This document shows positions 1 to 12,875 of a stretch of 64,000 nt of DNA, piece after piece. Origin of the DNA: Eledone cirrhosa (Eukaryota). Location: assembly GCA_964016885.1 (NCBI GenBank), contig OZ024740.1, forward strand, positions 300,390,001-300,454,000, written 5' to 3'. Positions within the stretch are counted from its first letter, which is position 1. Each line of letters starts with the position of its first letter. The notes beneath the pieces are model-generated. The model saw only the letters and a program-made list of their open reading frames with translations, made no database searches and was not told the origin of the DNA. The translations under genes and the position numbers were made by a program.

Positions 1-316
1 ACATCCACGAGAGTGCAAGAAAAGGAGAGGGAGAAAATTAACCGATACCAGGACTTAAAGTGTGAGTTAAAAAGGGTTTGGAACTGCCATGAAATCAAGG
101 TCGTCCCGATTGTCATAAGCGCACTAGGTACTATCTCAAAGAGTTTCCAAGGGTGGTTAAAGAAGATTAGTCCAGCCCCGCTTTTAGGAACACTTCAAAA
201 GGCATGCTTGCTGGGAACAGAAAGAACGCTCTGATACGTCCGGAATATTTGAGGCATGATATTCATTTCAAGAAACTTTCCAGTTAAATAACATCATTGA
301 CTGAGGCTCAAAGAAC
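1..316 (+). mobile_element. R4/Dong-clade (RLE) non-LTR retrotransposon, 3' fragment with 3' UTR
   Basis: ORF 13-234 (EKINRYQDLKCELKRVWNC..VVPIVISALG..LQKACLLGT) matches the C-terminal half of the restriction-like endonuclease of R4/Dong LINEs. It ends in an (AAT)n tract and has a close paralogue at 61910-62234. Confidence 0.8.
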
Positions 317-358
317 AATAATAATAATAATAATAATAATAGTAATAATAATAATAAT
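317..358. repeat. (AAT)n microsatellite between the Dong 3' end and the Tx1 3' end
   Basis: Directly visible aataataat tract with one agt interruption. Confidence 0.95.
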
Positions 359-619
359 GTTTTCTTTATTAACCACAAGGGTTTACATGAAGTAGACATT
401 AAGGACAGTACAGGACAATACAGGACGGTACAAATGGGCATTTCTGCGTGTAAATAAAACAGAGGATGTAATAAAAATAACAATGAAAACTTTCCCAATA
501 GGGGGGGGGGGGAGACTTCCGAAGGAGATTTGTGGAGAAAGCCCATTAAAAGGCCACAGTGACCCTGACCACCAGAGCAAGTGCCCTCTCCCAGTTTTCC
601 ACCTTTAATGTACAGACAC

Positions 620-3600
620 ATACTCATACTCAGAGTAGGCCCATTCACTCGGGCCATACTTGCTTCTGTCACCCATCTTTCAACGAAATGCTGGGAAGAG
701 AGCACTTCCCTCTCTACCCTGATTTTCCTTTTCAAATGAAATTTGAAAAAGTTAATCAGGGCATCAGCCCTTTCAAACGTGTCCACCATACTATCTCTTT
801 CGCCATGGCCACCAGGCAGATAAAAACTGCCTGCCCTTCCCGGCTAAAGGAAGAGAACGGGGCAATCCTCACGATAGACTCAGCTGATAGCTGGATCCGT
901 CCTATACGTGACAGCAGGTGTTCGACATAAACCCACAAGACAGCAATGCTCGGACACTGGACGAGTGCGAGCATGACGGTTTCGTCGCCCAGCGCGCATC
1001 TCGGACATGCCCGGCTGACGGCACCTCCATGCCTGTAGAGTTTAGCCCGAACTGGCAAAACTCCTCGGTAGCACTGCCAGACCAGGGATTTCTGGAAGTT
1101 GTCCATAGGCCCCGGCCCGAAAGTCGTTCCGAAGAGATTGCCTTGTTGATTTTCGTCGACGCCTAGAGTTTCTCCAAGTACGTCGCCGCTCTTCCCCTCC
1201 ACTAATCCTCTATAGAAAGCCAAGGTGGAGTTTCCACCGATCACATTGTGCGATTGGTCGAGGGCTGTGAGCGCCTGAAGACATTCTAGTCTCCAAGCGC
1301 TCCCTCTCGGTCTTCGCTTGACACAGGACTGCAGCTCCATCAAGGAGACGAGCTGGGGAAAGACGTGTCTAGCAAACGGCGACCACACCTGATCACCGTC
1401 GAGGTAGAGGTGGAGATGTCGTAGCCTGAGCGCGTGTCTGCGCATCATCAGCCACGGCATTCCCGGCCCTCAACGTAGCGGGTGTTGACTGCAGATGGAC
1501 CGCCTGACCATCGGAGCGCGTCCCTTCCACGAAAAGCGAAAGATCAAACATTCCAGCGTAGTCAGGCGGTGCTTATGACAAGGTACGACCATCAGGCGGT
1601 AGTAGATGACGGATGCGATGTACGCGTTAGCCACCTCCGCTCGACCTTTCAGGGATAGCTTCCTCTCCGCTCATTTCTGGGTGAGAGAAGCCACCCTGCT
1701 CGTCACCTCGTCCAGTTTTTGTCGGGGCTGGAGGTCCGGACCGAACCAGACCCCTAGCAATTTAACTGATCCATCCGTCCAGCGCCCGACGACGCTGTTG
1801 GACGGCATGGACCTGCCGCTCCAGGTGCCGAACTGCAGGCCCACAACCTTTTCCTGGTTGATCATTGCTCCTGTCACCGCTTCGTATTCTCTTAATGTAG
1901 TGCCGATCGCCTCGATGTGTTTGGCGTTCGACACCACTACGGTGACATCGTCCGCATATGCTGTCACGGATCTTCCGCATCCCTGTTCGTGCGGGACCCC
2001 CCTCAACGTCTCCAGTTTGTGCAGTAATGGCTCGAGAGTCAATACGTACAAGAGGGACGAGAGGGGACATCCTTGAGGACCGAACGCATGACGTTGATTG
2101 GTTCCGAAAGGCCACCGTTCACTCTCACCACAGAGCAGATGTCGCTGTGCATGGCAGCGATCCAGTATCTGAAGACGGGCCCAAAGCCAGCCGCCCTCAG
2201 GACTGCCGCTAGGTAACGATGGTCGACCCTATCGAAAGCTTTCGACTGATCTAAATTGATCAAGGACCCACTCGTGCCAGCTTCTCTAGCTACCCTCTCT
2301 ACGATGTATCGCATGAGGTGGAAGTTGTCGTGGATGGATCTGTCGTGAATGGCGCACGTCTGCGCCTCTCCCACCAGACCACCAACAACAAGCGCCGACC
2401 TCTTTGCTAGCAACTTGGCCAAAATCTTGAACTCTGTGTTTAGAAGAGTTATGGGCCTAAAATTATCTATGTTATCCCCCTTTTTCGGATCATTTCTCAG
2501 CAGCGCCACAGTTCCACGGCTCACAGAGCTGGGATTTCTCCCGTTCTGTTGCCAGTTGCAGTAGATGTCCGCCAAGAGGCCTCCGAACAAGTCTGGCATC
2601 TGTACGTAAAGTTCATAGGGCAGACCATCCAAAGCAGGCGATTTACCCCTTGTGCAGCCAGTCATTGCCCCTTGTGCCGCCCGTACTTCAGGGGCTGCTA
2701 TCGCCTTTTCGCAACACTCCGCCTCAGTGGCCGAGAGCCGCTGCAGTTCGTCGAGCTAGACACTAAAGTCCATCCCTCAATTCGGCCCGCCGCTATCCCA
2801 GAACAGCTGGGCGAAGTATCGCTGGAAAGCTTCACACATTTTCCCGGGATTGAGTAGCATGCGCCCGTCGTGGTCCACTAAAGACCGGATCGTGGCTTTG
2901 TTGCCACGACGCGCCTCCGCCACTCGGGCCCATTGAACGGCTTTCGTCCCCTCGTGTCTGAGAGCTAGCACTCTAGCTCTGACAACCTTCGTGCTTTGCA
3001 TTGAAGAATTGGTCAAGGGCCAATTTCGCCGCAAGTACGTCGGTCGCGATGCCTTTGCTAAGCGCCCTGTCTAATTTTCTAACTAGTTCTCTATCTGCTC
3101 TATTTTTCTCTATAGTTAAAGCCTTACTAAATCTAATAGACTCTATTCTAATCGCTCTTTTCACAGCAGACCACCACTCGTTGTTGACGATGGCCCTCGT
3201 GAACGCCTGCTTAACTAGTTCGCTAATCCGGTCTCTGTAGGCCTTGCGCGCTGGTAAGGACGCGTTTAGTTTCCAGTAGCCGGGTCCTCGTCTATGAAGC
3301 CTATCTAAGTCATGCACACAGATCACGAATTTGTGGTCCGTGTAGCTGACTATCTTGAATTGTGGACAGCCTATGCTAGACCTATCTATTTCCCTACAAA
3401 ATACTCTATCTAGATATGATCTGCGATTTGTCCAAGTCCACATTGGCACATTCGGGAAATCCAATCGGTACCTGTCAGACAGCTCAAAACGCCTGTGAAG
3501 GTTGGCGAGGCTCTTGCACCCTCCTCCCCTATCCGCTAATCCCACACAGTCCCAGCGTGCATCTAAGATCCCGTTCCAGTCGCCCAACAACACTACAAAC

Positions 3601-3998
3601 AGGACGTTCCTAGAAAGATCTCCGACGCCGGAAGAAATCAGGCCGACCTGCTCCTGTCGGGGCATAGACGGCCACTAGCCTGAGAGTTTACCCGTCTCCG
3701 CTGGTCACGTCCAGCACCACCAACTTACCTTGTGGTTCCAGGAAGATGGCCCGTATGGCCAGATCCAAACCTCTCCGAAAAAGCACAGCAACTCCTCCCC
3801 CGATCCAGGACGGCTGGGAGATGCGTACACATCGTAGCCGCCGAAGATCCGTGCGAAGGCCCGTGCTTCGGAGATTCTGGTCTCGCTGATGTCCACTACA
3901 TCTCTGTTTAGTGACCTGAGGTCGTTGAGCAGGTGGCCCTGCTTCCATGACGACCCCAAGCCACGCGCATTTATGCTTCCTATTCTGAGTGAGGTCAT
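620..3998 (-). pseudogene. Tx1 copy 1 ORF2 (APE endonuclease, reverse transcriptase, zinc finger), disrupted
   Basis: Collinear ORF pieces 3705-3998, 3688-4032, 2973-3665, 2777-3034, 2039-2665, 1671-2051, 756-1460 and 268-789 lie in shifting frames. Confidence 0.9.
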
Positions 3999-6073
3999 GT
4001 TGAAATGGAGTGGAAAAGATGGGAAAGACCACTTACCTTACTTCTTGTAGAGGAAGGATGGTTTCTCCGTCCCTTTCTACTTGATCGTCTGGTGAAGGGC
4101 CCATTGAATCGTCCCTTTGGCTGGTCGTCGGCTCTTCTGAGAGTATATCCGAATATACTCTCCGCTTGAGTGTCCCTCATAGGTCTCTAAAATCACCAAC
4201 TGCGTTGTGGAATATTATTTTAATGTTTGTGTATTGTTTCTGTGCTATTCTTACCAGTCTTATGTTCGTTGGTGTTTTGATTGGTACTGCTATCATGTAG
4301 TCGTGCTGTGAAATGTCTGTGTTCAATTATGTAAGTCATTAGTTTCTTGCCGTGTGTATTTATCGCTGTGCATTTCTTTTTCTGGGGGTGGGTGTGTTTC
4401 TGCTATTTTCTTGTCGTTGTTGCTGGGTGTGTGTGTTTTGTTGTTGTGTTTGCGATGCTGGTGTTCGTGGTGGTGGTGTTGAAGGTGTTGTTGTGTTGGT
4501 GGGGTTGCCGCCGGTGGTGATGGTGGTTCTAGTGTGGGTTGTGATGGTGTTGGTGGTGTTGCTGCTGTAAGTCTCTTTGCAATAGCCTTTACCCTTTTTT
4601 CATTTCTTTCCTCCCTTTTCGAAGGCGACGATGCGCTGCTTCTATGTTTGTACCTTCTTGCGACCATTTTCCATCCCTCTCCCACCTCACACTCCATGTC
4701 CGATTCTGTGAGGTCGGGGAGGGTTACCAGCTCCACTCTTTCACTTGTTCTTGTTGGTGATGGTTGCAATGGAGTCTCTGTTTCAGCTGCAGTTGGTATT
4801 ACTGTTGTTGTTGATAATACTTCCACTGCTGTTGCTGGTCTTGATTTCTGTGGTGTGGGTATGGGTGCCACGGACCTATCCTTCCTGCTTGCCGCCTGTC
4901 CTGTTGCTGGTAGCAGTGGTGCCGGTTTCGGAAGGAGGGTTGTTTTCTCCTTTCTCACGGTCTTCTCATTGCAGAAGGCCCTGAGATGAGTCTTCGACCC
5001 ACAGCGAAAGCATTTCGGGCGTTTTCCCTCAACACTTATGGGCAGTTGAGTGCCGTTATCGAAGTCTATCACATCCGGGATAGCTTCGATGCACTGCTGG
5101 TTGGTTTGAATTAACATCTCAATGTAGGTGCCAACCCAATCTTCTCGTACTTTTTTCTGTACTTGCAGTACAGTTGTTTTGTCCTCGATTCCGACGAGGA
5201 CAGACGCGGCCGGCCAAGAAGGGGCCATCCGGGGGGGGGGGGGGCGTGAGTCTGTTTGACCCTCACAATTTTTTGCCCGCAGTAGGAGGGCACCAACACC
5301 ATTTCCTCGCTCCTTAGGGTCACTAAGGATTGAGCCTTTGCCTCCTGGGGTGTGGCAAAAAGCACGTCCACGGTGGCATATTTCTTGCATCGGGTGATAT
5401 GCGTTTTCCGCTGCCACACAGATCCTAAGGCTTTTTGTATTTGAGTCTCTGTTTCTCTTTCAACCCTACGTGATTTTGAGCTTACTGTACGGTACGTGAC
5501 CGTACAGTGCTGCTGGGTTTCGAAATATTTTTCAGCTGCCTTGCAGATTGCTCGGTGTCCGGTTTTCGTCACCATCTTCTTTGCTTCCTGTAATTCCTCA
5601 TTTGTTATAAGGATAGTTTCCAGGTTCTTTGCGATACCTGCAAACGAGATTGGTTTTTCTTTCTTGTTGTTGTTGTTGTTGTCTTCAGAGGTGCTGTTAC
5701 TTTTGTTGTTGCTGCTGCTGCTGTTGTTGTTGCTGTTGATGCTGCTGCTGTTATTGTTTATGCTGCTGCTGATGTTGTTTATGCTGCTGCTGATGTTGTT
5801 GCGGCTGCTACTAGTGTTTTCCTTGTCACTGTTGCTGCTGCTGCTGTTATTACGGCTGCTGCTGCTATTCTTCATGACGTCAGACGAATGAAATGGCTTT
5901 CGGTATTTACCGCACACACATTTCGCCGTTCTCGTCGTCGTCGTGGAGAAATATTCCACGGTATGAACATTCTCTTGGTGAAAGCTACCAGAATCTATAT
6001 TTTTCTTTTTCTTTAATGGCGTCGCTTGCGAAAGAGGCGACACCACATTTCGAGAAGGGCCGAAGAGAGACAA
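3995..6073 (-). pseudogene. Tx1 copy 1 ORF1 (gag-like, CCHC zinc knuckle, low-complexity N/S and P/T/H tracts), disrupted
   Basis: ORFs 5111-6073, 4323-5417 (CFRCGSKTHLRAFC) and 3995-4180. There is a frameshift near the G-run at ~5231-5244. Homologous segments occur in copies 2 and 3. Confidence 0.8.
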
Positions 6074-6369
6074 TCATCTCTCTGATGTAGTGACGATTGA
6101 GGAAGAAGACGGACGGAGCGGGAGTGACTTGTGAAAATTATTTTTTGTAGTCATGTTTTTTTTGGGTTTAAAATGAATATTGGGCACAAAACCCCAATAA
6201 TCGGTTATTTAACCTCTAAGGGCGAAATAACGGACAGAAAGACCCCTCTCACGAGGAGGAGGGTGTTTTTATCTACAATTTGGTTCAAGTTTTAAACAAT
6301 TTACAATTGTTATAGCGGTTAAAAATTACTATACCTTACAGAGCCGAGCCTCCGTCAACCATGGCTTTC

Positions 6370-6423
<54 letters not shown>
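6370..6423. repeat. (AAT)n microsatellite
   Basis: Pure aat tract between the Tx1 copy 1 5' end and a Dong fragment. Confidence 0.97.
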
Positions 6424-6424
<1 letters not shown>

Positions 6425-6864
6425 TTGAAGGACTTTCAAAGGAGGGTATGCCTGCTAATTGATATGTCTGTTCCAATAGACAAGAATGTATCTATAAAAA
6501 CATTTGAAAAATTGAGCAAGTATAAGGACCTGGAGATAGAAATTGGAAAAATGTGGAAATTGAGAACTAAAACAATACCAGTGGTTGTAGGCGCTCTGGG
6601 AATGATACCTAAGGGGTCTAACGACTACTTATCGCAAATCCCAGGAAACCCGCGTATAGGAGAAATACAAAAGATAGTACTAATGGGAACTGCCCATATA
6701 CTAAGGAAGATCCTGTCAATATAAGTACATCACAAGTCTAAACACTAAGGATGCATGTGTGAATATGTATGTTCTTTCTTGAACATGGCGGACCTTGTTG
6801 TCTCTTGAGGTCACTGGTTATGACTTGGTGATAACTCGTATGAACATAAAGCAAGATAAATGCA
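6424..6864 (+). mobile_element. 5'-truncated R4/Dong-clade LINE (RLE domain plus 3' UTR), second subfamily
   Basis: ORF 6425-6724 CLLIDMSVP.D.NV..K..EKLSKYKDLEIEI.KMW....IPVVVGALG..LMGTAHILRK. Flanked on both sides by (AAT)n (6370-6423 and ~6865-6885), the known Dong-type target. Confidence 0.85.
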
Positions 6865-6887
6865 AATAATAATAATAATAATAATGA

Positions 6888-9800
6888 TTTCTTTATTGGC
6901 CACAAGGGCTGACATCAAGCAAAACATTACAGACGGCACAGGACAGTACGATGTGGGTTTTGTGCGTGTAAAGATTTTTATTATTTATATAGAAAAGAAG
7001 AAAAAAAAGACATAGAAACATATATATATATATACATATAAACAATACAAATGAAAATTGAAACAATGAAAAATTCCCCAATAGAGGGCGGGGGAACTTC
7101 GAGGGTTACTCGTGGCGAAAACCACACAAAAGACGACGGCCACCCTGACGACCAGGGCAAGTGTCATCTCTCAATTTTTTCCATTTCTACCACAGGCGTA
7201 TATTAAGAGCGGTCCCGTTCACTCGGTCCATTCTCGCTACATTCACCCACCTTTCAACAAACTTGCTAACAGGTAGCACTTGCCTGTCCGCCCTGATTTT
7301 CCTCTTCAAGTGAAACTTGAAGAAGTTAATTAGGGTTTCGCCGAAGAGGAAAGTATCTGTCTTTATCCCTTTCAACTTGTCCGCCACACAATCTCTTTCG
7401 CCATGGCCACCAGGCAGATGAAAGCCGCCTTCCCTTCCTCCTCGAAGGAAGACGGCGCCACCATCTGCACAAAGGATTCAGTCGATAACCGGATCAGTCC
7501 TACACGCGACAGCAACTGTTCGACATAGCCCTACAAGTTAGCAATGTTCAGGCACTGAACGAGTGCGTGCACGAAGGTTTCGTCGTTCTGCGCGCATCTC
7601 GGACAGGCTCGGCTGACGGCACTTCCGTGCCTGTAGAGCTTATCTCGAACCGGCAGCGCTCCCCCGTAGCACTGCCAGGCCAGGGATTTTTGGAAGTTAT
7701 CCATAGGCACTGGGCAGACAGTTCTCCGGAAGAGAGCAAACAGCTGATCTTCTTCGACGCCCAGGTTCTTTCCGAGAACGTCGTCGCTCTTCCCCTCCCT
7801 TAGTCCTCTATAGAATGTCAAGGTGGATGTTCCACCGATACTGGTGCCCGGCTGACAGAGGGCAGTGAGCGCCTGGAGATATCCCTCGGTCTTTTCCTGA
7901 CCCAGGACTGCAGCTCCTTCAAGGAGACGAGCTGTAGGAAAGGTGCCTGGCGAACGGCGTCCCCACCTGTTCACCGTCAAGGAAGCACCAGAGATGTCGC
8001 AGCCTCAGCGCATGTTTGCGCATCATCAGCAATGGCTTGCCCATCCTCCACGCAACGGGTGTTGACAGCAGATGGATCGTCTGACCATGGGAGCGCGTCC
8101 CTTCCACAAAAAGCGGAAGCGGAGGCGCTCCATTTTGGTGAGAGTTGGGCCGGGGCAAGGGACGACGGTGAGGCGGTAGCAGATGACGGATGCGATGTAC
8201 GCATTCTCCACCTCCGCCCGGCCTTTCAGGTCAGCTTCATCTCGGCCCATTTCTGGGTGAGAGAATGCAACTTGCTCGTCACCTCGTTCCAGTTTTTCTC
8301 CATCTAGAGGTCCGGTCCGAACCAGACCCCGAGCAATTTAACCAGTGCGTCCGTCCAACGCCCCAAGACGCTGTCGGACGACATAGACTTGCCTCTCCAG
8401 GTGCCGAGCTGCCAGCCCACCGACTTTTCCTGTTTTATCTTTGCTCCTGTCACCGTTTCGTATTCCTTGAGAGCGGTGCCGAGCATCTGGACGTGTCAAG
8501 TGCACGACACCAACAGGGCAATGTCGTCGGCGAAGCCGACTCGGATTTTGCGTATCCTAGTTCGCGTGGGACGCCCCTCATCGCCCCCAGTTTGTGCAGT
8601 AACGGCTCGAGAGCCAACACGTACAAGAGGGACGAGTGGGGACAACCCTGGCGGATCGAGCGCATGATGCTCATCGTCAGCAACAGGTGACCGTTCACCC
8701 TCACAATTGAGCAGATGTCGCTGTACATCGCAGCGATCCAAACTCTCGAAACGGGCCCAAAACCGGCTGCCTCGAGGACCGCCGCCAGGTACCGATGGTC
8801 GACCCTATCGAATGCTTTGGATTGATCCAAGTTGATCAGCACCCCACCAGTGCCAGGTTCCTTAACCACCCTCTCTATGATGTATCGCATGAGGTGGAGG
8901 ATCTCGTGTATGTATCTGTCTGAAATGGCGAATGTCTGCGCCTCTTCCACCAGACACTTGACGACAAGCGCCAACCTCGTTGCTAACACCTTGGCCAAAA
9001 TCTTGAACTCTGCGTTTAGCATGGTTATGGGCCTGAAATTATCGATAACATCCCCCTTGCTCGGGTCTTTTGTCAGCAGCGCCACCGCTCCCCGGCTCAC
9101 AAAAGTGGGAATGCCAGTTGCACTAGACGTCTGACAAAGGGTCACCGAAAAAGTCTGGCATAAATGCATAATGCTCGTAGGGCACACCATCCGAACTTGG
9201 CGATTTACCTCTCGTGCAGTTAGCAATCTCTTCCCGTATTTCACCGGCTGTTATTGGCTTTTCGCAACACTGTTTTGCGGTCGTCGAGAGCCGAGCAGTC
9301 CGTCGAGGTATTCACTGAAATCCATACACCGAACCGGCCCGCCGTTGCTCCAGAACAGTTCAGCAAAGTGCTGCTGAAAAGATTCACACATCTGCTCGGG
9401 TTCGAGCAACACGCGCCCGTTTTGGTCAGATAAAGACCGAATTCTGGCCTTGTTGCCAGGTCGCGCCTCTGCCACCCGGGCCCATTGGACGGCTTTTGTC
9501 CCCTCGTGTTTCAGAGTACGCGCTCTAGCTCTGACAACGCAGCCTTCGTGTTTTGCGTTGAAGAATTGGTCGAGTGCCAATCTCGCCGCAAGCACGTCGG
9601 TTGTGATACCTGTCCTAAACGCCTCTTCTAGCTTTCTGACTAGCTCTCCTTCTACTCTATTTTCCTCTATCACTAGTCCTTTGCTAAACCTAATCGACTC
9701 TACTTTAATTGCACTTTTCAAGGCGAACCACCACATGTTGTTGACGACCGCTCCCGTCAACACCCGCTAACTAATACGCTAATCCGGTCTCTGTAGGCAT

Positions 9801-12020
9801 TGCGCGCCCGGAAAGAGGCGTTCAGCTTCCAGTAACCGGTTCCTTGTCTATGAAGTCTGTCTATGTCGATCTCACAGCTCACAAATTTGTGGTCTGTGTA
9901 GTCGACTATTTTAAATTGTGGACAACTTATACTAGCCTTATCTAGTTCTCTGCAGAATACCCTTTCGAGATACGATCTGGATGGCCCGATGCGGTTTGTC
10001 CAAGTCCACATTGGAACATTCAGGTGATCCAGTCAATACCTGTCAGACAGTTCAAAACGTCTGAGCAGGTTGGTGAGAGTCTTACACCCTCCTCCCCTAT
10101 CCACTAGCCCCACACAATCCCAGCGTGCATCCAAGATACCGTTCCAGTCGCCCACTAACACTAAAGAACGGGACGTTCCAAGAAAGGTCTCTAGACGTCT
10201 GAAGAAATCTGGCCGTCCTGCCCCAGTTGGGGCGTAGACGGCTACTAGCATGAAAGCATTGCCCACGCTGCCGGTCACGTCCAGCACCACCGACTTACCT
10301 TCTGGGTCCAGGAAGATGGCCCGTATGGCGAGAACCAAGCCTCTCCGAAAAAGGACGGCAACCCCTCCCCCCGCTCCTGGACGGCTGGGAGATGCGTATA
10401 CATCGTAGCCGCTGAAGGTCGGTGCGAAGGCTCGTGCTTCGTAGATTCTGGTCTCGCTGATGGCCACTATATCTATGTTTAGTGACCTGAGGTCCTTGAG
10501 CAGGTGACCCCAGGGGAAATTTTGTTTTAAAAGTTTGTACTGTTCTATTTTGATATCAATGATGGGAGAGTTCTTGGTGTTGGTGGGGTGTAGTAGTTTA
10601 TTTCTGCGATGTCTGTGTGCTGCTATATATTGTATGAGTTCTTCATTTGCCATGTTTATGGCTGTGTACTTTTGAGGAGGAGGGGTGATATTTTTGCTGT
10701 TTTCTTCTTGTTGCTGTTTGGTGTGTGTGATTTTTTTCTTTGCGTTTTTGGTGATGCTGGTGGTGGTGTGATGTTGTTGGCGGTCGTGCTTGCGGTGGTG
10801 ATGGTGGTGGTGTTGCTGCACGTCTCCTTGCAGCCTTTACCCCTCTTTGAGTGCCTTCGCTTTTGGAGGGTGAACCTAAGTGTTTTTTGTGGCAGAACGT
10901 TTGCCACTTCACTCCCGCCTCAGACTCCATGTCGGATTCAATGGTGTCTGGGAGGAGGTATTGCTCCACGGCTGTTGGTGGTGGTAGTGGAGCCCTCTTC
11001 GGCAATTTTGTTGCTGATGCAGCTACTGCAAATGTAGCTACTGGTGTTGCCGCCTCTGATGCTGCTGATTTAGTTGTCCGTGGCCTTGGTACGGGTGCCA
11101 CGGACGTTGCCCTCTTACTCACCATGGAAGGGGCTTCTGTTTTTTGGCTGCCCTGCTCTTGGTAGCTGCGGACCTGCTATTGGAAGGAGAGGGGAGTTCT
11201 TTTTCGCTGACTTCTGCGGGCAAAAGGCCCTGAGGTGACCCTGACCTGGGTCACTTTGACCCTCACAATTTTCTGCCCGAGGTAGGTGGGCACAAGACTA
11301 TCTCCTCACTCTTTAGGGTTTCCAAAGAGTGAGACTCCTCTTCTAAGGGGTGGCGAAATGTACGTCGCCTGTGGCGTACTCTCTGCCTCGGGTGATGTGG
11401 GTTTCGCGTGCCCAGACACACCCCAAGACCTTTTGGATTTGAGCCTCCGTGGCTCTCTCCACCCGATGTGACATTTTGTTTACGGTGCGGCAAGTTACCG
11501 TCCGCAGCTGCTGGTCCTTGAAAAAATCGGGTGCACGTTTCAAGGAAACTCTATTGGCATTTCTTGTCACCATGGCCCTTACGACTGCCATCTCGTCCTC
11601 TGTGACTAACACTGTTTCGATATTTCAGGCGACACTTGCAAAAGAAGTGGTCCCTTTTTCAGCAGCACCACTATTGCTGCCGCTATTGGTCCTGCTGTTG
11701 TGCTGCGATCGCTGTTACAGGTATCGATATCATTGTTGCTGTTGTTGTTGTTGTTTTTGGTTTCGTTGATACTGTTGCTGTTGTTACTGTTATTGTGGCT
11801 GTTGTTATTATTGTTGTTTTTGTTGATACTGTCCCTGCTATTATTGTTGTTGTGGCTGTTGTTATTGTGATTGTTATTATCGTTCTCGACCTTACCTCAG
11901 TTATATTTTTTGTTGTCCTTCTCGACCTTACCGCTGTTATTTTTGTTGTTCCTGTTATTGATGGTGTTGTTGTTGGTGTTATTGTTGGTGTTGTTTGTGT
12001 TAGAGGAGTAAGTTTTGTTT
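6888..12020 (-). mobile_element. Tx1/L1-clade LINE copy 2, degenerate, with internal deletions
   Basis: APE (AISETR, VYAPT, LVGDWN, TDHK), RT (FRPITMLNAEFKI, DQSKAFDRVDH, RQGCP, FADD), CPRC..HALVQC and ORF1 remnants 10600-11700. The 3' end AATAAAGAAA abuts (AAT)n. The 5' boundary is approximate. Confidence 0.9.
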
Positions 12021-12875
12021 AATTTGGTATTCCCTAACGGAAAATTCGACAAATTATTTCACCACTTATCTCTACATATAATCTGACACTAGTTGTGAGA
12101 ACTGCATAAATATTTTTTATATCATTACCCATTACAATAGCTGTTTACATATTATTTGAAGAAAGGAAACAGTTTATTTCGTGGGATAAGTTCTGTTTAA
12201 TAAAAAATCCGACTAATTATTATGCAATCATCTCTGTGGCTGAAGATGTGAAAGGTGCATATATATTTTTAAATATTTCCCCAATACAATTCTTTGTTTT
12301 TTACATTTCGGTCGATTGTGGTTAAATTTCAGATTTTGAAAGGAAAATGGACAGTTGAAAGATCACTTCTCTCTCCCACCACCACATTCACAACCACTTC
12401 CTGACACATTCACACCAGTAAACCCTAATCTATTTTTAGACTACTGTCACCGACTGCTACCTACCTTCCTTCTCAGTGTCTAATATGTGGGTATATATAT
12501 ATGTGTGTATATACATATGTGTGTATAAGTATGCACGCGTGAATGTATATTTATGTATGTGTATGGAGCCCTCATAAAGGACAAAACAAAGGGGCAGAAA
12601 AAAAGAACACTAGCACCCCACCATCACCCCATTTACACCTCAAACTCAAAATAGACAGAAAATAACACCGGAGAAGCAACCCCTATAGGCTACAATGTCA
12701 CCCTACCCACCCAACCCCCAGCATTCATCTCCCTGACAACACCACCAACACCCCTCACACCACAAGAACAGTTGAGAAAATTATCGTACACCTTTTACAG
12801 CTGCAACCATAACAATATCACCTCAATCAACAACAGAAATGGCCATAACTATACTGTTATAATAGTAATAATGAT

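Larger units (their letters stand above)
361..6369 (-). mobile_element. Tx1/L1-clade LINE copy 1, apparently full length (~6 kb), frameshifted
   Basis: ORF1 has a gag-type knuckle CFRCGSKTHLRAFC. ORF2 fragments: APE (SINARGL, ISETR, LLGDWN, SYLDRVF, TDHK, GYWKLN), RT (KSPALDGLP, FRPITLLNTEFKI, DQSKAFDRVDH, YADD) and C-terminal CPRC..ET..ALVQC. The 3' UTR ends AATAAAGAAA, and both ends abut (AAT)n. Confidence 0.92.

Noticed and set aside
4000-4036. Possible mini-intron (GTAAGT..pyrimidines..AG) between Tx1 ORF1 and ORF2
   Set aside because: It is only 37-39 nt, the AG is absent in copy 1, and splicing would not join the visible ORF1 frame to ORF2 in frame.
559-12022. Numerous plus-strand ORFs over the Tx1 copies (and over 56-64 kb)
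   Set aside because: They are antisense shadows of GC-richer LINE coding sequence or of low-complexity ORF1 tracts, with no independent motifs.
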